A stretch of 53,894 nucleotides of DNA, taken from contig JAGLPV010000027.1 of NCBI GenBank assembly GCA_023137195.1, positions 1 to 53,894 of the forward strand, in the 5' to 3' direction. This DNA comes from Candidatus Aenigmatarchaeota archaeon (GTDB lineage: Archaea; EX4484-52). This document shows, in pieces, positions 19,664 to 28,441 of this stretch. Under the pieces are notes generated by a model, which did not search any database, was not told the origin of the DNA, and was given only the letters and a program-made list of their open reading frames with translations. The position numbers were made by a program, and so were the translations under genes. Positions within the stretch are counted from its first letter, which is position 1; each line of letters starts with the position of its first letter.

Positions 19664-22120
19664 TCAATAATCAAAAATATTCTTCTGTTTTGTATTGTCT
19701 GTCAGACTGGTTTCCTGTATGCCTGCCGCTTCAAATATTCTTATGACCGCAGGGAGTATCTGGTTATTTACATAATATTGAGAATCATAGTCTTTTGCGA
19801 ATTCTGTAAGTTGCGCCTTGTCTGATATTGATTTTCCATGGGCAGTTATGACATACGCAACATTTTGCCCACCCTTGAATTTCATTCCATGAGCAATTGC
19901 TTTTTTGACAGCCATAACATGAGGCGCCATTTGCTCATAAGAGGCAATGTTTTTTCTTATGCTGGTGTTAATGACAAGTTCATCAATGCTTATCTTTTTG
20001 TTTTTCAACAGCTCTATCACCCCCCGGACATATTTTTTTGCCTCGTCTTTTTTGTCATTCAAAATTAGCCCGAGTATTTTTTCCTGAGTTTCTTTTGCCA
20101 GCAGAGACCAGTCTTTTCTGACTTTTTCAAATCCTTTAATAATCATAGTGCCTTGCTCGTCAACAAGGGCGTATCTTTTTTTTGCCGCAGTATCACCGTG
20201 TTTTTTCCGTGCAAATAATCCTCTGGTAAAAAACCCTTCGTACTCAAGGTTCATGATTCCGGGAAGATTATTATTTATGGACTCCAAAAAGAGTTTTGTT
20301 TTTTTCATATTTTTAGAAGGCAGGGACAAAAATACCGAATCCGTATCCCCGTAAACCACCTTAAACCCTTCTTTTTTTGCCTCACCAATAACCCGGTGTA
20401 TGTAATATCTTCCAAAGCTGGTGGTCGAGGCACTACACCTCCGGTCATAATACCTTGAACCGGCAAAACCCATGTATCCGTAAAATGCATTTGCAACAAT
20501 CTTTAATGCATATTGCTGGGCATTGAGTTGCCCGTGCAGTACATCATCATGCGTCTTTTTCATCATAGATTTGATTTTGATGCGGTTGTTTAATATTTCT
20601 TCAAGTATTGAAGGAATGAAACCTTTGTTTTCTTCACAAAAATAAAAATCATAGTCCGGTGCCTTGTTTTTCTTTTCTTTTATTTCCTCACAACACGCGC
20701 AGTTAATTGTGCTTGGGTCTATATTATGGGTAATGATAATGCTCGGGTACAGTGAACGAAAATCAAACAAAAAGATGTTTTTTTTCAATCCGGTCTTTGG
20801 CTCATACACAAAAGCCCCCTTGAACAACCCCATTTGCTTTCTTTTGACAATCTCCTCGTTTGACGGTTTGTTTGGAACAAGTATGTTTTTAGAATATGTT
20901 TTTTTGAGGGCAAATGCCTCTACAAGAGAGCCATAACGTGAACGGCATGTGTCAAACGGAAGAGTGGAAGTCAGGTTAGAGAGGGATGACAAATTGTCGT
21001 ATATATATTCCCCTAGTTTTATCGTCAAAAGAGAGTCCTGGAGGCAATAGTCTGCAATCTTATCCAGCCCGGTTTTGCTTGCCCATGCCTTTTTTATATC
21101 CGAATAAGAAACATCTTTTTTCTTCATGTCCAGCAGTTCTTCTGCGACATTGTTTAGTTTTAATGTCTGTGTTTTAATGGTGCCTCTCATAATATACGAG
21201 ATAAATTTATAGATATCCAGGTGAACCTGACCAAAACACCGTGCCTTTTTAGTTGCCCCGTTTGCATGATAATTGTAACTCTCACCCATTTTTGTCCATT
21301 TAAGTTTTATTCCATATGTTTTTGCCCTGTCAAACAAGACATTAAAATCAAAGCCATCCCCGTTATATGTTAAAACAAAATCCGGGTTTTGTTCAGCGAT
21401 GACCTCGTTCATCTTCTCAATAAGTTTCTTTTCATCTTCCACAATTATTGAATGCTCAAAATCGTTTTTATGACGACTGAGGACAGCTTTATATCCGTCG
21501 TTGGTCAAAATGCTTGCAAAAATAATCTTTGTTTTATTGTTCTCCTCTATTGTCTCCAAATCAAACGCAAGCCATTTGAATGTAGCAAAATCAACCACAG
21601 AAGAGGCTCTATAATCTTCAATGGAATCAACAATCATCTTCTTATTTTTCTTGTCAATATGCGTCTTAAAAAGCATCTCCTTAAATAAGTCTATCTTTTT
21701 GTTAATCAAATATCTTTTGTAAAATAAAATATCGTATTCTCTAAACCCTTCAATTTCTTCTTCTTTTTCAAGGTATGATTTTATTCTGGGGACATCTTTG
21801 GGGATAAAGCATTCTACTTTTAAAACGCTCCTTTCTTGCGTCCCTATAAATTTTTCTTCTTCTATTACGGATTTTACTTTAATCACTTCATCACTATCTT
21901 TATGTTCAAATAATTCTATCTTTTTTTTGAGCAAAAACATCTGCTCGCTCGTCAGGTGAGAATAGGGAACAACATAAAAATAAGGAACAAAACTATTGTC
22001 ATACATTATATAACTTTCTTGTGTTTTCGTATCCTTCACAAATAGCCGTATGCATGGTTGTTGTTGTTCAACAACATAGTCGCAGTCAATTACAGTACCT
22101 GTGATTTCATGAGTTTCCAT
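19664..22120 (-). CDS. polB: Family B DNA polymerase (archaeal PolB3-like)
   Basis: Exonuclease motifs FDLET, YNGDGFDF and YCLQD; polymerase motifs DFRSLYPS, KIVANAFYGY and YGDTDS; PIP box QKNIFDY. Confidence 0.97.
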   Translation of the reverse strand: METHEITGTVIDCDYVVEQQQPCIRLFVKDTKTQESYIMYDNSFVPYFYVVPYSHLTSEQMFLLKKKIELFEHKDSDEVIKVKSVIEEEKFIGTQERSVLKVECFIPKDVPRIKSYLEKEEEIEGFREYDILFYKRYLINKKIDLFKEMLFKTHIDKKNKKMIVDSIEDYRASSVVDFATFKWLAFDLETIEENNKTKIIFASILTNDGYKAVLSRHKNDFEHSIIVEDEKKLIEKMNEVIAEQNPDFVLTYNGDGFDFNVLFDRAKTYGIKLKWTKMGESYNYHANGATKKARCFGQVHLDIYKFISYIMRGTIKTQTLKLNNVAEELLDMKKKDVSYSDIKKAWASKTGLDKIADYCLQDSLLTIKLGEYIYDNLSSLSNLTSTLPFDTCRSRYGSLVEAFALKKTYSKNILVPNKPSNEEIVKRKQMGLFKGAFVYEPKTGLKKNIFLFDFRSLYPSIIITHNIDPSTINCACCEEIKEKKNKAPDYDFYFCEENKGFIPSILEEILNNRIKIKSMMKKTHDDVLHGQLNAQQYALKIVANAFYGYMGFAGSRYYDRRCSASTTSFGRYYIHRVIGEAKKEGFKVVYGDTDSVFLSLPSKNMKKTKLFLESINNNLPGIMNLEYEGFFTRGLFARKKHGDTAAKKRYALVDEQGTMIIKGFEKVRKDWSLLAKETQEKILGLILNDKKDEAKKYVRGVIELLKNKKISIDELVINTSIRKNIASYEQMAPHVMAVKKAIAHGMKFKGGQNVAYVITAHGKSISDKAQLTEFAKDYDSQYYVNNQILPAVIRIFEAAGIQETSLTDNTKQKNIFDY

Positions 22121-22232
22121 ATATTTATTGAACTCTTTAAGCTTAAAAAACTAAATCAATCCACAGAAGACACAAGAAAGTATAGGAAAATAGATACAAA
22201 ATACATTCCTATGAATCCTTCTTTTCCCTGGA

Positions 22233-22871
22233 TTATAGTAGAATAATCTCTTTTCTCGACAGGCTTTCATCTTCCAGTTCATCAATATTTATCTTTGCCT
22301 CTTCAGCTTCAATCAGTTTCAAATTAGAATGGGTTGTGGGGTGTTTTGGAGACACACTACAACAAACACTCGGCAAAATCGCAATATCATGAGTTCCTAT
22401 TATTTTAGATAATTTGATGATATCTGTTTTATTCATTCCCACAAGCGGTCTTATTATAGGAATAGGCACACTTTTATTTATAGTATACATATTATCAAGA
22501 GTCTGGCTTGCAACCTGCCCTAAACTATCTCCTGTCATTATTGCATCCATCCTGCCTTTTGCTATTTTTCCGGCGCAGCGCATCATTGCCCTTCTCCACA
22601 ATATATAGATGTCTTTGAGGTTGCACTTTTTCATAAATTCAGCGATTATTTTATCATGCGGAACCACAAGCAAAGTAATTTTTTTTGGTTTTCTGGACAG
22701 GACATACTTTTTAAGAGCAAGAATAGACTTTTTTGTCTTGACGACCGGCATTTCATTATTGAACGGCTGGGAGTCAAAATGGACAAATTCCACTTCATGC
22801 CCCTGCTTAATCATCAGATAACTTGCAACAGGAGAGTCAAATTCACCGGAAATCAGGGAAAGTATTTTCAT
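22233..22871 (-). CDS. ThiI-like tRNA sulfurtransferase catalytic (PP-loop) domain without THUMP domain
   Basis: LISGEFDSPVA, TGDSLGQVASQTL.N, IRPL.G..K.DI, CC..SPKHP. Only 212 aa. Confidence 0.85.
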   Translation of the reverse strand: MKILSLISGEFDSPVASYLMIKQGHEVEFVHFDSQPFNNEMPVVKTKKSILALKKYVLSRKPKKITLLVVPHDKIIAEFMKKCNLKDIYILWRRAMMRCAGKIAKGRMDAIMTGDSLGQVASQTLDNMYTINKSVPIPIIRPLVGMNKTDIIKLSKIIGTHDIAILPSVCCSVSPKHPTTHSNLKLIEAEEAKINIDELEDESLSRKEIILL

Positions 22872-22921
22872 ACCATCAATATATAATAAACTATATTAAT
22901 GTAATGCACACATTATGTAGT

Positions 22922-23437
22922 ATGGAATCAATTAAACAAGAATTAAGTAAAAATTCCTACAGTCTGCTCTTCGATATATTTGAAAAATCCCCGGTTGCCA
23001 TAACTGCCGTCAATAGAGATGGGTGCGTTATTGCATTGAACAAATTTGCAGAAAAAATATACGGCAGGACAAAGAAAGAAATGTATGGGCGTTCTGTAGC
23101 ATCCCTGTATCCAAAAGAAGAATGGAAAAAAATAAGAGAGGAAAAAATAATCAAAAAATTAATTTCACCGCATTTTGAAACAAAAATCATCAGGAAAGAT
23201 GGCACCATTGTAGAAATAGATATTTCAATAATTGTTGTTAAAGACAAAGATGGGAATGTTGTATATTCTATTGGTGTTGCAAGGGACATTACCGGTAGAA
23301 AAAAAATGCAGAGACAACTAAAAGAAAAAATAGAGGACCTGGAGAAATTCAAGGATGCAGTAGTTGACAGGGAATTAAAGATGATAGAGTTGGAAGACGA
23401 ACTGGATGAATTGAAGAAGAAAATCAGGAAAAAATAA
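22922..23437 (+). CDS. PAS-domain protein with C-terminal coiled coil
   Basis: PAS/PAC (N..AEKIYG....EM.G, RKDG, GVARDITGRK) followed by VDRELKMIELE. The TTG 22823 start overlaps thiI, so ATG 22922 (or 22904) is preferred. Confidence 0.85.
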   Translation: MESIKQELSKNSYSLLFDIFEKSPVAITAVNRDGCVIALNKFAEKIYGRTKKEMYGRSVASLYPKEEWKKIREEKIIKKLISPHFETKIIRKDGTIVEIDISIIVVKDKDGNVVYSIGVARDITGRKKMQRQLKEKIEDLEKFKDAVVDRELKMIELEDELDELKKKIRKK

Positions 23438-23448
23438 AATTACAAATT

Positions 23449-25284
23449 ATGAATATAAAATCCATTTTTTTTGGTTTAGAGAACAAGATAGTGACTTCAT
23501 TTCTAATTCTAAGCTTTGTCATGTTTATCGTTATTTTTTCATCAATGAATACTTACAACAAAATATACGAGGATTTTTCCGGGCTCAAGGAGAATAGCAT
23601 TCCGGGTTATATTGCCCTGGGAAATATAGAATCAAATACCCTGAAGTTGACGATTATAACACACAATTTCATGATTTACGGCGAGCCGGGAGATATGGAT
23701 AATTTTGAAGAAATATCTTCAGAGATATCAAAAGATATATACTGGTTAAAAGAGAATGAATTATTTTCTTATGGGGATTCTGAGGTTATTGAAGAGAAAA
23801 CAAAGGAAGTAATGAATTCTTGTGCAAGCGCAATCGATGTCAAAGAAAACAATGCATCAGATGGTGTTTTGTCTTTAAAGAGAAAAGAAATTCTGGAGAA
23901 ACAGGAGAATCTTAACAGTATTTTAAATAAATACATTGATTCGCTCGAAAAAGAAATTCACCTAAAGGAAGAAAAAGTCTACGACAGGTATTACAATGGG
24001 ATAAATAACATGTTGTTTGCAAACCTTGCAGTTTTGCTATTTGCATTGATGGTAGGATTGTATGTTTCAAGGAGCATAGTAGTTCCAATAATAATGTTGA
24101 GAAAATCAACAACAAGAATTGCAGAAGGAGATTTAGGAAGTAAACTTGCCTGTATTAAGAGCAACGATGAGATAGAGGATTTGGCAAGAGCATTTGATCA
24201 GATGACAAGACAGTTGATTTTATCAAAACAAAAAGTGCAGCATTATGCCGATAATCTGGAAGTAGAGGTTGAAAAAAAAACAGCCGAACTAAAGAAAAAA
24301 ATAGGGAATGAAAAAAGAACAACAAATGCAATGATGCATATTATGCTGGATTTCAAGAAGACAAACCGGATATTAAAAGAAAAAGAAAGAGAACTTGAAT
24401 TGCAGGCAGAAGAGCTTGCAGACAGGACTGCAGAAGCAGAGGAAAAAAGAGGCATGTACGAGATTGCAAATAAGCAGCTGTTTGAAGCACATGAAGAATT
24501 GAAAAAATTCAATCAAACCCTGAAGGAAAAAATAGAAGAAAGAACGCGAAGCCTGAGGAAGGAAAAGGAAAGAATTGAACAATTCCTGAAAGAAAAAAAT
24601 GATTTTATTATCCGGTTAAGCCATGATTTAAGAACCCCATTGACGCCACTAACAACACTACTTCCTATTTTAGAAAGAGAACTCACAGATGAGAAGCAAA
24701 AAAAATATGTCTGCGTATGTAATGAGAATATAAAATATATGAAAAATCTTGTTTTGGGAACTTTGAATATGGCCAGGTTAGACACAGGCGTGGTTTCTAT
24801 GTCCTATAAAGAAACAGATGTAAGGCAAATAATATATGAGTTTATTGAGGCAAATTCCATTGAATACAACAAGAAGAATATAAAACTGCTAAACAAGACA
24901 GGGAAACTTCCACCGGTATTCTGTGATGAGACAAGGATTATGGAAGTTATACAAAACATATGTTCCAATGCAGTCAAGTACTCTCCGGAGGGAGGACCAA
25001 TAACATTCCGTTCAGATATAGATAAAAAATATATTATTATTAAAATAAAGGATAGCGGGATGGGAATGAAGGGAGATCTTGTTAAAAAAATGTTTGAAGA
25101 ATTCTATCGCGGCGATCCAAGCAGGCATGATTTATCGTGTGGTCTCGGGATGGCAATAAGCAGAAGGATTATACAATCTCATGGCGGAAAAATATGGGCA
25201 GAGAGTAAAGGTCCCGGAAAAGGGAGTACGATTTCATTCAGTCTGCCTTTAAAACGAAAAAGGAAAATAATAAACATTAAATAA
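23449..25284 (+). CDS. Membrane sensor histidine kinase (2 TM, HAMP, coiled coil, HisKA, HATPase)
   Basis: HAMP (DEIEDLARAFDQM), H-box SHDLRTPLT, N-box NICSNAVKY, G1 DSGMG, G2 GLGMAI. Confidence 0.95.
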   Translation: MNIKSIFFGLENKIVTSFLILSFVMFIVIFSSMNTYNKIYEDFSGLKENSIPGYIALGNIESNTLKLTIITHNFMIYGEPGDMDNFEEISSEISKDIYWLKENELFSYGDSEVIEEKTKEVMNSCASAIDVKENNASDGVLSLKRKEILEKQENLNSILNKYIDSLEKEIHLKEEKVYDRYYNGINNMLFANLAVLLFALMVGLYVSRSIVVPIIMLRKSTTRIAEGDLGSKLACIKSNDEIEDLARAFDQMTRQLILSKQKVQHYADNLEVEVEKKTAELKKKIGNEKRTTNAMMHIMLDFKKTNRILKEKERELELQAEELADRTAEAEEKRGMYEIANKQLFEAHEELKKFNQTLKEKIEERTRSLRKEKERIEQFLKEKNDFIIRLSHDLRTPLTPLTTLLPILERELTDEKQKKYVCVCNENIKYMKNLVLGTLNMARLDTGVVSMSYKETDVRQIIYEFIEANSIEYNKKNIKLLNKTGKLPPVFCDETRIMEVIQNICSNAVKYSPEGGPITFRSDIDKKYIIIKIKDSGMGMKGDLVKKMFEEFYRGDPSRHDLSCGLGMAISRRIIQSHGGKIWAESKGPGKGSTISFSLPLKRKRKIINIK

Positions 25285-25299
25285 TTTTATGTTTTATAA

Positions 25300-25411
25300 T
25301 ATATCACGGCACAAAAATAATGTAAGTAATGTGGCGTGATATACCAGTAAAATACATAAATACTATATAAATGTCAATTATATCTTTGTATTATTTATGT
25401 GTTTTGCTATA
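25300..25411. repeat. Modular palindromic element, copy 3 (minimal): 44-bp module A 25300-25343; module B 25345-25411
   Basis: TATATCACGGCACA-16 nt-TGTGGCGTGATATA, then CAGTAAAATACATAAAT...ATTTATGTGTTTTGCTATA. Confidence 0.88.
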
Positions 25412-25439
25412 AAGTAAAGTAAAGTAAAAACGTGATTAA

Positions 25440-25640
25440 ATGAGCAAATATAAAATAGAGCATGATATTGATGCATGTATAGGTTGCGGTGCTTGTATTT
25501 CCATGTGTCCTGATAACTGGGAAATGAGCAATGAAGGGAAAGCCATACCAAAAAAGGCAGAATTGGATGAGATTGGCTGTAATGAAGAGGCAAAGGATTC
25601 GTGTCCTGTAGACTGCATAAAAATAGAGGAAACAAGTTAA
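25440..25640 (+). CDS. Ferredoxin (single 4Fe-4S cluster type)
   Basis: CIGCGAC...CP and distal SCPVDCI. Confidence 0.93.
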   Translation: MSKYKIEHDIDACIGCGACISMCPDNWEMSNEGKAIPKKAELDEIGCNEEAKDSCPVDCIKIEETS

Positions 25641-25641
25641 A

Positions 25642-26208
25642 ATGAAAACAACAATTATAATGGGGATTCCCGGCTGCGGGAAAACTAGCATAATAGAACT
25701 TGCACTAAAAAAATTAAAAGGAGAGTATAAAGTAGTAAATTTTGGAACGCTGATGTTTTTGATGCTTAAGGAAAAAAAGCTCGTAAAAACAAGAGATGAG
25801 ATGCGAAAATTAAATGAGCAAATCCAGATTGATGCGCAGGAAAAAGCAGCAGAAAAGATCGCCGATTTAGCAAAGAAGCAAAACATAATAGTTGACACAC
25901 ATTGTTCTATCCAGACCACCAAAGGATATGTGGTTGGCTTGCCTGAGCCCGTATTAAAGAAAATATCACCGGATCAGATAATACTGATTGAAGCCAGTTC
26001 AGAAGAAATTTTTAAGAGGAGGGTCAAGGACAATACAAGAGCAAGAGATGCAGATTCTGTTGAAGGAATAGAATTTCATCAGCAGATAAACAGAAACCTG
26101 GCGTTAACATTTTGTGTGCTTACCAGAGCTGTTTTTTCCATTGTCCATAACAAAACAGGACGTTTGTTGATTGGCAGCAAAGAACTTGCTGAAATTATCC
26201 ATGCCTAA
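25642..26208 (+). CDS. adkA: Archaeal-type adenylate kinase
   Basis: GIPGCGKT P-loop, VNFG, RDEMRKL, VDTH, GLP, RR..D..R.RD. Confidence 0.95.
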   Translation: MKTTIIMGIPGCGKTSIIELALKKLKGEYKVVNFGTLMFLMLKEKKLVKTRDEMRKLNEQIQIDAQEKAAEKIADLAKKQNIIVDTHCSIQTTKGYVVGLPEPVLKKISPDQIILIEASSEEIFKRRVKDNTRARDADSVEGIEFHQQINRNLALTFCVLTRAVFSIVHNKTGRLLIGSKELAEIIHA

Positions 26209-26245
26209 CAGGCAAATTATTTAAATATCCCATCTAATTAATTGC

Positions 26246-26695
26246 ATGGAATTGGATTTTTACGCCTTCAGGGAACTGTTTGAAAATTATGAATTCTTTC
26301 ATTTTGTACTCCCTTTGTTGTTTTTTTCAACAATGGTATTTGCCGTATTGCAGTTTGTCACGAGCAAAGCACAGGGAAACCTTCCTCTGACTCAAAAAAC
26401 AAACATAATAATCTCTATCATTTTCGGCTTCCTGACAACATACAACAGGGATGCAGTAGAATTCCTTCTAAATAATTTCTTCTGGGTTATTCTCTTGTTT
26501 GTATTTGCCTATATTTTTTTGATTATTCAAAAAATATCCCCGAGAATAGATTACATTCCTATCATCATAATGCTGGGAATCGTCGTTCTTATGTTAAATA
26601 ACAGCATTCTGAAGAACTATGAATCTTATGAATGGATAATAGCTATTGTTTTATTCTTCGGGATATTCTGGGCAGTATATAAAAGCAAAGATTAA
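26246..26695 (+). CDS. Hypothetical integral membrane protein
   Basis: About five TM segments; VLPLLFFSTMVFAVLQ. Confidence 0.75.
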   Translation: MELDFYAFRELFENYEFFHFVLPLLFFSTMVFAVLQFVTSKAQGNLPLTQKTNIIISIIFGFLTTYNRDAVEFLLNNFFWVILLFVFAYIFLIIQKISPRIDYIPIIIMLGIVVLMLNNSILKNYESYEWIIAIVLFFGIFWAVYKSKD

Positions 26696-26702
26696 TTCAA
26701 TG

Positions 26703-26978
26703 TCACCAGGCCCCTCTGCTTTTATTCTCCTGTTCTTTTTTGAATTCTGCCAGCCATTCTATATCACCTATTCCTTTCAGTTTTCTTGTGGTGTTGTACA
26801 TGACATCTAATAATCCCTCTATTTCATCATGTATTTTTTTAATTTCATCTTCCGGTCCGCGTGAAAATTTTTTTACAATAATAATCTGTGTCAACTCAGA
26901 CCATTTTTTAGTCGAATTAATTAGTTTATCTCTCAGGAGTTCTTTTTCTGTCTTTTTCTTCTTAAAAAACCATCCCAT
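26703..26978 (-). CDS. Hypothetical helical protein
   Basis: Starts 4 bp after the CBS gene stop on the same strand; typical composition. Confidence 0.65.
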   Translation of the reverse strand: MGWFFKKKKTEKELLRDKLINSTKKWSELTQIIIVKKFSRGPEDEIKKIHDEIEGLLDVMYNTTRKLKGIGDIEWLAEFKKEQENKSRGAW

Positions 26979-26982
26979 AATA

Positions 26983-27411
26983 TTATAATTTTGAAATCAT
27001 TTTTTTTAAGTCCTTGACATAAGAGTCTGCCAGTTCCTTGAATAAATCCAGTTCAGCAAGAACGCCGACAAGTTTGCCTTTTTTTGTAATGCATACCCGT
27101 TTTATCTTATGTTTATCCATCATGACAATAACATCCATTATATTGGGGTTTGCGTCAATCGATAAGGATATTAGTGGCTTGCTCATGATATCTCTTACCA
27201 GAAGATCCGCCCCGCATATCTCTCTTTTTGGTCTTGCAACATACCGGTAGGTAATATCTCTTTCAGTCACAATGCCTATCGTCTCTTTTCCTTCTGTAAC
27301 CACAAGACTTCCTATTTTGTGCTTTTCAAGCATTTCTGCTGCATCATGGACTTTTGCATCTACATCTATCATCAGTATAGATTTAGTCATAATATCTTCA
27401 ATAGTTTTCAT
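26983..27411 (-). CDS. CBS-pair protein
   Basis: IEDIMTK, IGSLVV, GIVTERDI, VRDIMSKP. Confidence 0.92.
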   Translation of the reverse strand: MKTIEDIMTKSILMIDVDAKVHDAAEMLEKHKIGSLVVTEGKETIGIVTERDITYRYVARPKREICGADLLVRDIMSKPLISLSIDANPNIMDVIVMMDKHKIKRVCITKKGKLVGVLAELDLFKELADSYVKDLKKMISKL

Positions 27412-27501
27412 AATAAACCTCTAAATATGATTATTTTTTTATTGTTGTAAATAAGATACATATAAATTATATAATACTTTAGTTGCCTCCATAAATCAAA
27501 T

Positions 27502-27900
27502 TTAATTATATTGTGATGGTTTTTTTACGGTATCAATGCAGAATTTCGGCAGAAATCCTTCACAAAGAATTCCAACAATTTTACCATTTTTTTTTATTGC
27601 CAGTTTTTTGATTTTATTTTTATGCATAATCAAAATAGCATCCATTATATTTTTGTTTTTTTCAAGAGACAAGTCTATTATAGGACGACTCATGATATCT
27701 TTCACTTGTAAATTATTTTTTTTAGCCAGGTATTTGTAAACAATATCTCTTTCAGTTACAATTCCCACTGTCTCTTTTCCTTCTTTAACTATCAGACAAA
27801 CCTCCTTGTTTTTTTCAAGTTTTTTTGCTGCATCGACAACATTTGCCTTTGAATCTATTGTAATGATATTTTTTGTCATTATGTCTTCTATACTTTTCAT
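27502..27900 (-). CDS. CBS-pair protein (paralog of 26983-27411)
   Basis: IEDIMTK, EGKETVGIVTERDI, VKDIMSRP. Confidence 0.9.
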   Translation of the reverse strand: MKSIEDIMTKNIITIDSKANVVDAAKKLEKNKEVCLIVKEGKETVGIVTERDIVYKYLAKKNNLQVKDIMSRPIIDLSLEKNKNIMDAILIMHKNKIKKLAIKKNGKIVGILCEGFLPKFCIDTVKKPSQYN

Positions 27901-28009
27901 AATATTACCATTTATTTAATAAAATATATATTTATAGTTATATACTTTTCGTTTAATCAACTTGTGATTAAAAAATCATCTCCTCCATATAATATTGATT
28001 TTCTTCTTC

Positions 28010-28441
28010 TTAGTCTAACTCTTCATGGCATACTATGACCGCTATCATAATCCACATAAATCCGCCAAGTAGGATAAACAGGAATGAAATAATTACAATA
28101 GTTGCATAGCTAAAAGTACTCAACCCAATATTTTCTCTTAAATGACCTGCAAACCAACTGCCTACAAATATAAAGATAGAGCCTATTATCCACAAAATTG
28201 TAAGTTTTATCTCGGGAAATTCTTTTTTATAGTCTATTTCTTCGTCGTGATTTATCTCTTTTTTATCTTCTAATTTTAATGTTCTTTTCTCAGGTACAAA
28301 ATCGCTTTTAATATCAGGTGTACACAAATCATGGTGGTTCGGTTTGTTTTTTTCAATTACAGGTTTCTCTTTGTCTTCATGCAATTCCATCTTCGCCACA
28401 CTTTTTTTTACTTCTTCAAACTCTTTTTTAATGTCGTCCAT
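28010..28441 (-). CDS. Hypothetical protein with two C-terminal TM helices
   Basis: Charged N-terminus and two hydrophobic segments. Overlaps the upstream gene by 34 nt. Confidence 0.75.
   Translation of the reverse strand: MDDIKKEFEEVKKSVAKMELHEDKEKPVIEKNKPNHHDLCTPDIKSDFVPEKRTLKLEDKKEINHDEEIDYKKEFPEIKLTILWIIGSIFIFVGSWFAGHLRENIGLSTFSYATIVIISFLFILLGGFMWIMIAVIVCHEELD

Noticed and set aside
19664-22120. Inactivated PolB or PolB intein
   Set aside because: All exonuclease and polymerase motifs are intact and contiguous, and the length is normal. Only a minor P-to-L change is seen in the uracil-pocket EYDIP motif.
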